A stretch of 64,000 nt of DNA from contig NMRA01000101.1 in NCBI GenBank assembly GCA_002633005.1, positions 945,549 through 1,009,548 of the forward strand, in the 5' to 3' direction. Each line of letters begins with the position of its first letter. Positions within the stretch are counted from its first letter, which is position 1. Under the pieces are notes generated by a model, which did no database searches, was not told where the DNA came from, and was given only the letters and a program-made list of their open reading frames with translations. Origin of the DNA: Phoronis australis (lineage: Eukaryota > Animalia > Phoronida). This document shows positions 36,860 through 51,114 of the stretch, piece after piece. The position numbers were made by a program, and so were the translations under genes.

Positions 36860-39800
36860 TGACACTTCATCATAGGTCACTGTCAGTAGCTGCACTCAGT
36901 GGAGTTAAATCTGCTGTTTTTTAGTTTTTTTATGTTGCACTTGATGTGACAACTCTCCTGTCTCTAGTAGTACACACTGTCTTTGTAACTTATGAGATTT
37001 GTTTTTATGTACCCTCATGTACACAAGTGGGTGTTAATTGCCATCTGGGCGTGCACTGTTGAATCTCTTAAAAACCCCTTGCAGGATTTTAATGAGGTCT
37101 GGCGGATGTGTTCCTGTGAGGCTGACAACAGACAACGATGACTTTGATACTGATCTGACAACCGCTGTGCTTCTAGTGGCAATATTAGTTTTTTATGCAT
37201 GCCTCCGTTTCAGAGTTTCATGGTGGAATTTCAGGAAAATTGGCAATTATGTTTCTATTGAAGAGATGACAATAGCATTTTTGGACAGATTCAACTTATT
37301 CTGCACCACCTAGTGCCCATTTTTTGAATTTTTTTTGTTTCATTTTTTGCCGTATGACTCTCTATCCACCAAACCCTCGAAGGATCGTGATGGTTATATT
37401 TTATGACAGGGTTCTGTTGACTAACGGGTAGCTTTAAATTTGAGATAACTACACGGTTCTTACTACTGCTGTGCCCCATAGTGATAGGTTTGGTTTTTGC
37501 ACGTCAGTGTCTTCAAAATTTAGTGACTTAAGATTTTATTAGGGAGACGACAATGCCATTTTCGGACAGGCTTGAGGTATTCGGTACCTTCTAACGCCTA
37601 TTCTATTATACTACAAAAACGCCTCTAGAAGCATACCATTTGCACTGCTGTTGTAGGTGCATTCTAACACTCAGCGATGATCTTGTTACGGTGTTTGTTC
37701 AGTGCTCAATACTCAACTCATGTGTCAATGTCTCTCACTCTGTCTTGTAACTATATTTTATTGGGATGACCTGTCTTATTGGAAATGTCTCATCACATAT
37801 CCTATGGTGTGTGTAGAGTGATTCTTGTTGCAACCTCAGCAGTGCACCATGCTGCACGATTGAGTGTCATTAAAATCGCATGCAGCACCATTTTTGAAAA
37901 TCATTGTCTTGGCTTTTTTTAGGGATGGAACCCTTGTTTTATTTTGTTTTTTTAATTCAGTGACTTATTGTTTTTAATTACACTTGATTAAACTATAGAC
38001 TAATTGTAGTTCATTGCTTGTTTCAATGGCAAGATTCACAGCTGCAAGAATAATTTTTTGGAGTTTGAAGATTGCGACTTCATATCGACTTATTACAATT
38101 TCATGGGAGTTTAGAAGGGCTTGTAATGCTATGAGATATGCTAAAAATACATTACCATTGAATTGGGAGAACAGATCCAGAAATCTTCCATGTGCATACT
38201 GGTATTTAGAACACTCTTGTTGCTGAATTAGTTGTTGGAATTCATCTCACTCTCATGATTTGTTTTTAGTACTGGTTATTTAGTTATAATCTCGTCTGCT
38301 TCTTGATTTTAGAGTTGCATTTTGGCGTGTTTAGATGACTAAAAACGGAAATGGATTTGGGCCTTTTTATGCACCTATATGTTGTTATCCTATGCAAGTT
38401 TCCACTCAATATCTCAAAAAGCACATGGGTGGATCGTGGTGAAATTTGGCACTAATGTGTTGGTAGAGCATCTCTGCAGCGGTGCATGTCACCTCTCAAT
38501 CTACCCCACTCCTCAGTGATGGGGAAATTTCAGTGTTTTTAGGGGAGAGTGTTTCTGAATATCTAGAAAATCATTGGAATGGATTTACACTGCAGCACCG
38601 TTTTGTTCTGGACAAAAGGCTTTTTCAGTAGATTTGGGAGGAAAGCATTTCTGGAAGATATCTAGAGAAGCTAGCAACATATTATGAAACGTGACAGAAT
38701 TGTGACTATTTTGTCATGTTTAGCAGTCTGCTGATATCTTATGAACCCTTGGTCACATGTTGATGCCGTGGAGCACAAAAGCGTAAGCTGTCTCTAGAGC
38801 TACTTTTTCAATCTCCTCACCTTCGTGCGCTAGAGGGGCAGTGCTTTTCAGTGTTTTTGGAGACGAAAGGTAAGCGATATCTAGGTGGATTTCATTGAAA
38901 CTCGACACTTAGGTATGTTAGAACAATGTCGATTTTCGGACTGATTCAAGCACTGTAGCTCCCACTAGTGGTTGCTCTGGTTTAGACATACTTTTGAGGG
39001 AAGAGCGTTTCTGGATGATATCTGAGAAACGCCATGGATTTCAATGAAGTGGCTCAGAATTATATAGCAACATTGCCTCAGCACCAGATTATTTCGGCAA
39101 TTTCGGCTGCTGCAGCACACTTTAGTGATCATTTTGTTGGGCTTTACTGCTGTCTGGTCGTATCACATAAATTCTTGAAAATGACATATGAACGCATTTT
39201 CTATAACTGTAGTTGATAACAGAAGGGAAATCTATTATTGTAAGGAATATTATGAGACCGGTTTTACTAGTGAAAACCGTAATCCCATTTTTCATTTTCA
39301 GCCAGCTTAACTGTATAAAGTACAACTTTAAGTAGCTACTTTGTTTATTAAGAAATTCCATAATGGTTTTGTGAATGGAATATGTTCATTTGATATTTTC
39401 CTTCTGATCAGGTGACTAGATTTGTTATTATGGTTAATGGAAGTGTGTATGTTTTTGAAGCAGTATATTGTCTGTTTGAATCATGACTGGGTTTGTATTT
39501 TTACGGACTATAGTACTATGTCATGCTGGTAATAAATAGTTTTTACATATTTTTATATCAACTTCACAATGCCCTGTTTAAAGTGTCAGTAAACCCGACT
39601 TCCAGCACAAAACCCAACTTTTGATTGGTGCCTACGTTAATTCCCAAATTGTTCCTTAAACAAACTGGAGATGATTTCAGGGCCTCACCAGTGGTCTGTT
39701 TCATTAAAAGCGACTTAAGACCGAAATTTTGTCTCACACTCCATACAACTATTTCTGAAAAGTAATTAAATCTAGTGAAGTCTGAGAATATGCGTATAAC

Positions 39801-41479
39801 TGCTAGTTACCAAGAAAATTTCTATGAATTGTTTCTAGTCTGTGATGCGCCGGCAATTCCCGTGGTTGGCGAAACCCTTTTCAACAACGGGTACGTAAGG
39901 AGTCGAATTCCTCTCTAAGTGATGAGTCACCTTTCATGAAATCATAGATTATAGACAGATTAGCAACTCCGACATTTTCTTCCGTGCAAGCCATGAGGCG
40001 CCGCCACTCTCCTAAATTATCTGGTGCAGTTTCCGATTAGTGTATTTTTACGGGAAATTCTCGCATCTACTTTACTGTCCAGCACAAAGAAAAAAATATT
40101 AATTTCGGCGTTGAAACACTGTTCAAAGTCTAGTCCTCTCTAAGTGATGAGTCACCTTTCATGAAACCATAGATTAATTACGCCCATCCTGATTTGGCCC
40201 AACTTGAACTTATTGGGTTCTACTATATATTGGGTTGGCATAGGGTGACCCACATGGTGCTTACTCGAATGGGCTTCATTTTACCAACTATTTCAAATTG
40301 TGTAGGTGAAGTAAATAAACAAAGTGGGTGATTATCATCACCGGAATTTCATCATTATTATCTTTTGCCGGGTGCTCAAATTTCACGTTCTGAGATTAAG
40401 GATTGCCACATTTGTAATGTAGAAATGTTTCGCTGGACTTCCAGGTCTGTGACGTTATTTATACCGGACCAAAATTTAAAAAACGAGGCCCTTGTTTAAA
40501 TCAGGAGCTGCATGATCCACGTTTTACCAGACGTGCGCAGGCAGCGCTTGAGGGCCCATTGCACTTATCACTTGGAACCGTTTTAATGCTTTATTAATAT
40601 ATAGTTAGACCGAGCTGAGGAGCTTGAAACCTGATTCACGGCAATTTTTGGCAGTGGGATTTTTTGAAAAATGCTTGTAAGTTAACAACAAAGTTTGATA
40701 GCAATGCACTGCAATTTTGTTGAAACACTGTCATAAGTCACAGATTCGTCACAGAGCTCCGGAGAGGGCGCTTGAGGTTTGATGTGTAAAGCTGTGACGA
40801 ACATGTAGTGCAGGTCTGGGCGGCGGAATGATGCTGAGCTCCCACTCATGACGGAGAAGGCGCTTGAGGTTTTAACTTTGTTAAGCTGTCCGACGACACC
40901 GTGTGTTAAGTGCATCGCCGTTCAAGAGAACTGTGATGACGAATACATTCATCCGTATGACATATGCATTCTTAAATAACATTACATCTGGCCACTATTC
41001 GCAATCTTTCCCGATTGGGGTTGTTTTTTGTGGTACTGTAACTTTGTATTCTGATAATAAACAATTACATTCAACTGATCACCTGATTTGACGACGTTAA
41101 CATTGTTTGTGACACTGACTGGAGACGCAGTATGCTCTCTCTCCCGACGGTTATCCTTGCGTTTGGGGGGGGGGTTCATTCAAGATCATTTTTACACCAA
41201 CACTGACCGTGAAATAACAAGGAAAGAAATAGTAGACTATACCGCTGTTCGCTATGTAGAAAATGGCTCATTTCGATTAAAGGTTTTGTTGTGTCTGATA
41301 ACCAGTCACGAAAAAACTGCCCGGTAAATGAACAGCTCAAATGTTAACTTCACGTTGAGAATGTTCCGTTAGGCTTGTGGGCTTCATACTGTGTGTTTCA
41401 CACTCTCTGCTTACAGGACCTTCTGCCTGTTGATACTGTTTATTTCACTGTTTACCTCAATTCCACCACGTTCATTTTA

Positions 41480-41700
41480 CCTATTGCCTGAAGATGAGGC
41501 ATGTGGTCTTGAAATATAACCTGCTTGCCCGTTGTCTCTTGGCGTTTAGCTTCACATTCTCTTTGCACGCCGGAAGCTAGGAGAGTGTATAGAAAGTACC
41601 TCGGAACAACTATATGTCAAGCTGTCTTAAAAAAGTACAGTCGTACCTTCAACCAAGTTTGTGTCAATGAAGGGCTGCTACCGAAATATACTAATATGAA
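41480..41700 (+). mobile_element. Penelope-like 5' fragment (hammerhead-like core followed by ORF N-terminus)
   Basis: CTGAAGA-T-GAGGC-ATGTG-GTCTT-GAAA-TATA at 41488-41518, followed by FNQVCVNEGLLPKYTN, which resembles Penelope ORF N-termini. Confidence 0.6.
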
Positions 41701-43197
41701 AAGCTATACCATTTACTGGAAATTGGAAAGGAGTGATAGATAGTCACCTGGTCATCCTCTCCTGACATCACCTTCCTTAATCTAAAAGGGTTCATGATTT
41801 CGCAAAAAGTGATGTAATTGATTCCATTGGGAGCCCTCAGTGAGACATGTCAGTGAAAAAGCAGGATAACGGTAGCCATGGGACACGCCATATTAGGGCA
41901 TCTCCCAGAGCTGTGATTTGTATCAAATTATATTCGATTTCAACAACTATTCCATAACCACTTGATGAAAAGGGTGCTTGGACTGAGAAATACAGCTGTG
42001 CATGCCTTAAAAATTGTCTTCCTAACGTCAATTGTATGAACACGAGCACGTATTCAAGGGAGCATAAACCATCAGTGCTACATTTTTAAAAACTTGTGAC
42101 ACCTAACAAAAATGATCTGGCCATTGTCCCCAAATCCTAGTTTTGACGCTTCAACTGTCGCCGTTTTACGGGTCCAGGTGATGACCTCTGATATAAAAAA
42201 CTAGATACGTATAATCATTTATTGAATAGTATTTAGAGTAACTATTTGATAATATAACACGGCAGGCCGACGTCTTTCTGCTGTCTTTAAACTTTTTCTT
42301 ATCTTGTTCGGGTTAATAAGGCTCAGAATACCTCAAAATACAACAGGATAACGTCGTGGAAAAAGTCCTCCAGGTACGCCAGCTAAGGGTGACGTTTTCC
42401 AGAAGCTCCCAACTATTGGGTCCCTTTTAATAAACGGTGGGTTTCTGTTTTACTGACACTCCAAAGGTCTGAGCTTCCCTGTTCCCCATGCTATTTTACT
42501 GAAATAATATTTCTCTCATCGGGAATTGCCGTTGTTGACACGAGTGGGTCCTTGTGCTCTATCGCTTTACTACGAGGAATCCCCGATCCTTCAAGGTGGC
42601 GTTGTGTCAGTGGGCATTGCTGTCATGAGCCTTGGTCGTTATCTTGTTGGTGGATTCATGAGAAATCCAGAAATTTAAAACTGAAAAAAAATCTTTTCTA
42701 AGCAACGTTGGTTCATGCGCACCCAGCCTTTAATATGAGGGACTCGAATTTTCCGACGATGTGGACCTCTCACTTACAAAAAGCGGAAGGACTAAAAAAA
42801 CGTGGTACCACGTTCATAGTCTCGTTTTCCCAGACTTATTGCTTCTCTGAGGCGGACCTTTTTGCCCACTTCGCCAAATGGGTGGCTCGTTCGAGCCCCG
42901 CCCACGAGCTCTCCCTCCGGCCGGATGCGCGCATTAAATTTTAGGTATTGTGTAAAATGATGTCATCTTGATAAAGGATTATTTGTTAGTTTTGTCTAAC
43001 GAGACTTGTTATAAAATTGCGTGACGAAGGTTAAACTAATTAAATCACTGCGAGGCAGCGCCCTCTGTGAAAAAACTGGACTCGGGCCACTTACCGTTAT
43101 TAAATCGGTCGTCGTGTTCCTTACTCAGATTAGAAATAATTTCTTGGCTTCAAAATAACTGACACTTTACCGTTCAGATAATAGACTCACAATGAGA

Positions 43198-43585
43198 CAG
43201 TGTGGCTCAGTGGTTTGAGCCCCCGGACTCCCATTTGAGACACCCGTGTTCACATCGTGTCTTTACTGGCAGATAATCGAGCATTGCATAAAAGTGCCTC
43301 CTGCTCCTCTGAGCTCGGTCTTACTTGTGAATGTCAGTGCAAAGGATAGAATGAAAACCTGGACATAATCCGAAAGCGATTTCTGGGGCTGTGCTCATGA
43401 TATTAAGTTGTCGCGAGCAGTTAGCTCCAGCCTTCAAAGCAGCAATTTCTGGGGCTGTAGGCCTACTCATTTTATTAGCTGTCGCAAGCGGTTAGCTTCA
43501 GCCTTCAAAGCAGCAATGTCTGGGGCTGTGCTCATGCTATTAAGTTGTCGCGAACGGTTAGCTCATTCCGCCGCCAAAGCAGCAA
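43198..43585 (+). repeat. tRNA-derived SINE-like head followed by three ~66-71 bp tandem units
   Basis: A-box TGGCTCAGTGG near 43203 and a degenerate B-box GTGTTCACATC. CTGGGGCTGT...CAAAGCAGCAAT units start at about 43380. Confidence 0.5.
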
Positions 43586-45257
43586 TATTGCCTTTAAGTG
43601 AGATCTAGGCGTTTTACTCCAACCAGTTTCAATTCTCACAAAGGACATGAGCGCTTTAAAAGGTCGAACACGCCTGTGAAGAAAAACGTCGGATTTGACT
43701 CCATGCAGAGACGTGGTTTACATTGACTTTAACAAAAATGACAAGAAATGGTATTATTTAAAAGAAAATCTATAGTACCCAATAGTTATCTGGAGTCGAA
43801 ACATCAAAACTTTACTTTATTTTTTCTATGAAACCATGACGAGAGACTATCAGTCTTAAATTTTAATTAGACATCTCAATAACTTATGTTGAGTCTAAAA
43901 ACCTATCCTATTTATCCAATTGATTTCAGGACAGCTGTTCAGGCTCAGTTATAAATCAATGCGCTCAACATGTTGCGCGTATGAAAGTATATCAATAAGT
44001 TGATTTTAACCAAAGTTACCAACAATATAACGCCACGTGGATGATAAAGTCGAGGGTTCTCGGGGAAGACGCTTTTCTTCGCGAGGAGCTCCCAAGGGGG
44101 TGACAAACCCCATGCTGTCGCGCCTTTGTTAGTGGAATTTCATAAAAGGTTTGAAATAGTGCGCTGCAATCAGACTGTNGCAATATTGCCTTTAAGTGAG
44201 ATCTAGGCGTTTTACTCCAACCAGTTTCAATTCTCACAAAGGACATGAGCGCAATACTGTTGCTTTAAAAGGTCGAACACGCCTGTGAAGAAAAACGTCG
44301 GATTTGACTCCATGCAGAGACGTGGTTTACATTGACTTTAACAAAAATGACAAGAAATGGTATTATCTAAAAGAAAATCTATAGTACCCAATAGTTATCT
44401 GGAGTCGAAACATCAAAACTTTACTATATTTTTTCTATGAAACCATGACGAGAGACTATCAGTCTTAAATTTTAATTAGACATCTCAATAACTTATGTTG
44501 AGTCTAAAAACCTATCCTATTTATCCAATTGATTTCAGGACAGCTGTTCAGGCTCAGTTATAAATCAATGCGCTCAACATGTTGCGCGTATGAAAGTATA
44601 TCAATAAGTTGATTTTAACCAAAGTTACCAACAATATAACGCCACGTGGATGATAAAGTCGAGGGTTCTCGGGGAAGACGCTTTTCTTCGCGAGGAGCTC
44701 CCAAGGGGGTGACAAACCCCATGCTGTCGCGCCTTTGTTAGTGGAATTTCATAAAAGGTTTGAAATAGTGCGCTGCAATCAGACTGTGACTGTACCTGTT
44801 CGTGGCAAACAGCAGATCTACGTACAAAAAAGATACGACTAATACTTGGCGAAAAGCAGATGACTGTTTACGATAGAGCAAACGGAATCAACACGTGAAG
44901 ATCAATGCATGTGAACGGTAACTTGATGTAAATCACCAACTTTAAATAAATCTTTACAAGATTTGAATCCGGTATGTGTAATTGAGAATGTATACGTCAA
45001 AACAATAGTCAATTGGATCTTTTAATCATGCACTCGACCAGTTCAATGACCACAATTTCTATCTGGAAGCCTGCATCAGAATATTTGTTATCTTGTTTCC
45101 TCAACATGTCTACGTCTGAAACTCGCAGGCTTTTAATTCAAACTTTTCGACTTGGCGCTTTTCCCACAAGAATAGTTCGGTTAAAGCAACTGGAACTTTG
45201 ATGGAGTTTCGACTCCTCCATCAAAATCTATCTTTAAAGTTATTAACTGATAGACAT

Positions 45258-45957
45258 TTGAAAATGAGAGTTGAGAAGAGATTCATGATCTAAATAGTCA
45301 ACGTTTCGGTTTATTGACATAAAACCATCAACAGGAACCAATTCCACTACGGTCCTGTAGAAGAAAAGGCATTTGTTGGTACTCTTGGGTTACTCTTGAT
45401 CGTCTGTTGGGAACTGCGGCAGCATCTGCTAATATCCATGTTGTTTTCAAGCCGTGTAACAGACTCCTTCTTTTGTCTAGACTTAAATGTAAATTAGAAA
45501 TCTACAAAACAGTGGTGTTTCATATTTACCAAATCTATTGTGATGACTTTTATATAGTCATTACAACTAGGTTCTTGCGAACTAGAGTCGATGAGCCCCG
45601 GGGCATGTTAAAAACCCCAACAGTTCTCTATTTCAGTGTTAACTGATCATGAGATTGGCTTTTCTGGAGTTAAGATACAAGACAAGTTCAAGCTGTGTAT
45701 TTGGGAATCTATTCACATCGAACAAACTCATGCTGGTAGTTCACTCAACAGGAATGTTGTGTCATATGGTTCAAGAGTTATTCTGAACACTGTTTTGTCA
45801 CTTACCAGTACTACTCATGCGTTGTGATGTTCATTTAGTGTTTTGGTTGTATTGCCGGTTAGTGACATTGCTTCTGAAGTCCTGATAATGGTTTATGTCA
45901 ATAAACCGAAACGTTGACCACTTGGATCATGAATCTTTTCTCAGTTTTCATTTTCAA
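45258..45957 (+). mobile_element. Penelope-like element relic: degenerate GIY-YIG domain with inverted pLTRs and a hammerhead motif
   Basis: Frameshifted peptides VVFKPCN...IYCDDFYIVITTRFLRTRVDE...HEIGFSGVKI...IWESIHI...SLNRN. Inverted repeats at 45258-45336 and 45880-45957. Confidence 0.8.
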
Positions 45958-48391
45958 CTTTCTCCTGGTACTATAGCCCAAAACTAGTGATGTGGATATT
46001 TGTTAAGACTTACACTGACATACGATTACATGTCAAAAGGCATTATATGTATATATTTGACACCCACGCAGTCATTTTCTGTCATCTCAGATTCCTCGTC
46101 ACCATCCGTTGCATACATGAGTTTGTGTTGCTTCCCATTACGCTCGGATGAAAGCCTCAGCCAGGTCGTTCTGCCTGACTAGATCGGTGGGACTTTCGTT
46201 CGCTTGCAATGGGACAGCTGACAACACAATATTCTACCTCCGGCAAGCAGCGCGTGCCTGACCCACTGACGTACTGACGTGCTGTGCAAATAAATGCCTA
46301 GTTTGAATTAACTGGTGATGGAGGTCTTTATTGCATCTAGGAGTTATACAGAGCTATAAGTTTCTTCGGAGCCATTTCTTCATTCACTAAACTCAACCGC
46401 TCAGTGTCACAAAAGCTAAGTTCGGCTACTAACTCTTATCAAAATGTTCGCGTTGTTCGCTTCTCAGATTAACAAAGTATGGGAGTCTTTTCCTTGAAAG
46501 ATTAGGCGTATTTTAACATCTCTAGCAACCAATGTCTAATAGACATAGGCTTAGTGAGGTTAAACATTTATTTAAATTCTCATGCAAAATGTATTATATA
46601 AAGCAGACGACATCAATTAGCGTTATAAACCCGCCTTCAGTGAAGCTAACTTCTGACTTAGAAAAATTACTTTTGTCAAACTAGTCGAAACTAGTTGCTG
46701 ATTCAGATTTGAAGGGATTTCTGAGCTTAGCAAATTTTCACTGTTTATTCAATGATTGCTCTAGACCGTGCTCAACAGGTTGGTTTGGACGTCCTTCAGG
46801 TTTTATGCGTCGAGCCTCTGATCTCAAGCAAGCTCTTCAAGTATTTCTAACCTGTAATCTGGCTGAGGAGGCCAACGAAAGGACATGAGGTCAGCTTTGT
46901 ACCAACAATCTGTCAAGTGGCCTAAGTACAAAGTTACTTTTTGACAGAAGGTCGTTTATAGCACCTTATTTATAGCGTATTTTGTCTGCATAAGAATAAT
47001 ATTAAAGTAATAGTATATGGGCGGACACTATCTTTGCCTCACCCACACACTCAAAGAACATCATACCACGAAACCTGAACTCAACTGCACTGACTCAATC
47101 CGGCTCTCTTGCACCTGACCGAAAAAATAACACCTAGAAACTGCACTGCCTGAATTTGGTTGGGTTTTAGATTTTCTCGGTAAGGATCTTCAGTGCGTGG
47201 CAAGGTCAGATCATAAGTTTCTGCGATGATATAATGTTTCAGAGGTAGTTGGTATCCTCCCCCAGTATGAGTAATAGATCGTGCGGAATGACAACTATAC
47301 AACTCTTCACGTGCTTGCGACGGCTTGCTCTCAGTCCCTTCACGTGTCCTAACTCAACTGTAGATGCTGCAGCGATGTTGTTTGATTCATTTTAACATTT
47401 TCATTCCATTTGAACACGATTTAAGTGTAAGGTTATCGTAATTATAGTTTATCTCTTATTTCAATCCTTAGGAGACAACCCAGAGACTCGGTTAAGATTG
47501 TTCTTCGTTAAAAGAGACAGATATCGATTAATATGTAGAGTGACTATAGTCTTATTATTACAGCACGTGACCGCGTGTGATTTCTTTCTCACCTCTGTAG
47601 GAGGCTAAAACACACCTGTAATCACAGCCGACAGGTGATAAAATTTATATGAAGAAATATTCTCAGCATGTTGTATATACTGGCGTGCGTGCCTGTTTGT
47701 TCGTCAAATTTAAGAGGTATTGACATAGCATTAAAATACAGTGCTGTGATTTTTTAGCTATGCTGTTACGTTATCTTAGGATTGATTAACAGTTTTCGTA
47801 ATTTCAGCTCTTTACATGCGTCTTACTCTGCTCTCAGGGCACTTCTTTTATTGGTCTGGGCTCTGCAGCCGTTTCGCTTTCAAAGCATAATGTATATGAG
47901 ATCTCGTGATTGCCATTAATGCCATAATGCCCTGTTATCATGATTGTCCTCAATATCTGATTCAAAGTATTTCTGTACTAATTTGTTGGTTTGATATACC
48001 TATAATAGAGAACAGCAGGTAACGACCTCCAGTGCAATAGTTGTCGGAGCCTCTTGTGTCATCATTACGCATCTGTACTCGTTGCCTATGACTTGGATGA
48101 GGAACAGCTGTGTGTCGCCTTTCAGTTATCCATACACTGTAATTGTCATTCACTCATACACACCTTTTGTCGACAACGCTGTTTAATTGTCAACGCAACA
48201 TCTGTTGCACACAGGATAGCGGATACGATAATACGATAATGCATGTAACAGTGTAAATACATGTACGACCATGAACAACTAATGATATAGACAGTAAAAG
48301 CAAACCTAACTCAAGACATCAACTATGAACGGCAAGCTATTAATACATCATCTATGAACGGCAAGCTATTAATACATATAAAATATACAAA

Positions 48392-48498
48392 GACACGCAC
48401 GCACGCACGCACGCACACACACACTCACACACACAAACGCACACTCACCAACACAAACACACACACACACACACACCCATATACACACTCACACACAC
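48392..48498. repeat. (CGCA)n/(CA)n microsatellite
   Basis: Direct inspection. Confidence 0.95.
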
Positions 48499-51114
48499 CT
48501 GACGTATGAATGGTAAAAAGTGTCTGTGAAGCATTAGTATTACTTGCAATAATCTGTCATTAAACGAATTCTGCAGATCGCCTGGGACGTTGTTATTAGA
48601 GGCTCAGTTTTGGAAAGGTTAGCCAATCGTTTCAAAATTGATGGTCTTCAATGATTTGCTTGCAGATAAAATTCGTTTCTATCATTCTATCGAAAGATTT
48701 GGGGCGTTTTGCGCTTGTGGGCAAAAGGGAGTATTGTTTAACATGTGATGTATGAATGCAGATACATGATATGACTAGAGGAGACAAGCTGACAGCTTCA
48801 AGATAGTCAGTGCCGGCCTCCGACTTGTAGGAGAACATTTCGCCTGAGTACTTTCACCTGGCAATTTGCTTTCCTTTTGTATGGCTAAATAATTCTAATT
48901 ATTTAAACAGTTCAGACGTTTTAAGCGGCACATTTTTTGTATAAAAAGAAGTTTATATGGATTAAATTAACACTTATGTTGAGCTGTAGAGGGCGCGGTA
49001 AACAATAGCATAAGTTCTGAACAGTTGACCTGCAGCTCAAAAAATAAATTCCAGGGGTAGGCCATGATTGGGGGCAGTTTTGAGGTAGGCGCTGCACGGG
49101 CTCTGTGATTATGGTTTGTTTGTCATTGTGAACATTCTGGGAATGAGAAATGACTGCTCGTTCGACAGTAGAAGCAGTCTTCTTCAAGATGACGGCCTCC
49201 TAGAGGTTGCATTAGTTAGAGCATTGTTGAGTGGCGACTGCGGAAATGGAATGCCCTCAAACAAACCAGAATTGGTAAAAAACTAGTTGGTTGACAGCTC
49301 ACATTTTTGTAATCTGCAGAAAATTTGTTTTCAGAATCTAGTGTTGGCTTATGTGGCGCATTTTCAGGGCCAAGTGATGGTTTTGACGTTGACAGTGCTA
49401 ATTTTGTGTTTTGCTCCTCTTTCTTAGTCTACATTGCTTCTAAGTAGGAGTGCCGAAAGGGGCAAAAGTTCGAGACAAAATTGAGTTTCTGTGTTCATCT
49501 GTTCTAGGGCTTTTGAAGATGTGAAATGACTCAAAACTTTTCAATCAATGCATACGGTTTTCTACAGAGTGAAGAAAATGTGGCCAATCCATTGGTGTGT
49601 ATTCTGCTAGGCAACACCCAGTAAGAACTGTTCTGCGCCCCATTATCACAAACTGAGAAACCCATCTCTGGTTTCAGTGGTATTGGAAGATTATACAACT
49701 ACCCTGAGTACACCACATTAAGAAATCCTTGGCGGATCGATACAGAAAGTAGGTCCTAATAAAAGTAAAAGGGTTTAGTCTGGTCATGAAAAAGTAGACA
49801 ATAAAGAGTATTTAAAAGCAAAGCATGTGTTATACTTTCGCAGTGTTTCCATGGGTATGGAAATTAAACAACTTGCTGAGGATATTATAAATCAAGTGTA
49901 GCCTAGAATTACGAAAATTAATTAATAAGTCAAATTTTTATCAGAACTTGACTAGTGTGATTCATTTTGGTTGTTTGATGTAACTTCTATATGTACATCG
50001 GTTACAATAGGTCTTATCGCTGAATGAAACTGCATCAGCCTTCATCAAACTACAAACAGAATTCAGTTTGGTGTACGTTTTACAAAGACATTGTTTAAAA
50101 ACACATTTCGGTATCCTGATTTTTTAATATCACTGGAAACACATTTTGCCATGTATAAGACCATGAATAAGTGAATGGTACCAATACTTCATTAAAAGTA
50201 TCAATTTCAGATGCAATTTCTTGGCATTACATTTTAGTATACTACTGAAATATTGGAACGCTGGAATAGACCAAAATGGGAATTTAGGGGTACAAATTAA
50301 ACTCAAGAAATCTGGTATTAAATATTGATTAATAATCAACATTGGCCTCTTGTATGTTTCAATGAACGTGGAATAAGACGACTTTGTGCTCCATTAGTTA
50401 TATTCTTACGAGACTCACCCACATTGTCCTAATATTGTTACTGTTAATTGTGAAAGCCTTTTTACAGTACTTCAGAGAGGAGCCGTTGGAGGCCAAGGGA
50501 GGGTGTTTTTGGTGGACGAGGGGGCCTACCTTTCTTTGACCGTGATTGTGATGTGGGGTGATTATCACCAATTAAAAGTCGACGGAAACTGTTCCAAAAT
50601 TGAGGCTCGCTTTTCCGCTACCTTTCGTAATATTTGCTTCACAGTAGTTCATCACACTTTTCTTCAATAAACTATCAACAACCTTCTCTTACTTGTTCAG
50701 TTGAATGAAACCTAAATTCAGTGCTTCTTTGGAAAAAACATCAACACGGTCCAAATGTTTGTTTTAAATGTAGTTTCTTATTCAGTGAAATAACATTTTA
50801 TACAAAATTGCCTTGAAGCTGAAGATAAGCAGTCTAAATTGACAATCACTCTAAAACAAGTTTTCTCATGAACACCGCGTTTCTGTATTGCTATGTCTTA
50901 CCGAGTCAGTCACATAAATATTTCCGGACCTTACACTAAGCCTACATGCTAATGTTGGATTAAATATGCAGTAAGGTTGCAATTTGCAATAGTTGTCAAA
51001 TTCTTATTCACTCAGAAAGGGTCACGGCATTTTCACTTTCCGGGATCATTGGGAGGTTTTCCCGAACTGGGTCGTAGCCCAGAAGAGGCTGTTTGGAGCG
51101 GTACACGCAGTAAT

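Noticed and set aside
39908-40175. ~40-bp direct repeat pair (CTCTCTAAGTGATGAGTCACCTTTCATGAAA), considered as LTRs or a C/D-box RNA
   Set aside because: It has no TG...CA ends, PBS or clear C/D pairing; more likely a local duplication. The same applies to the pair near 63452 and 63531.
43582-44787. ~600-bp tandem duplication (43582-44178 and 44180-44787)
   Set aside because: The copies are joined by a single N and differ only by an 11-bp indel and a few SNPs, which is typical of an unmerged haplotype overlap.
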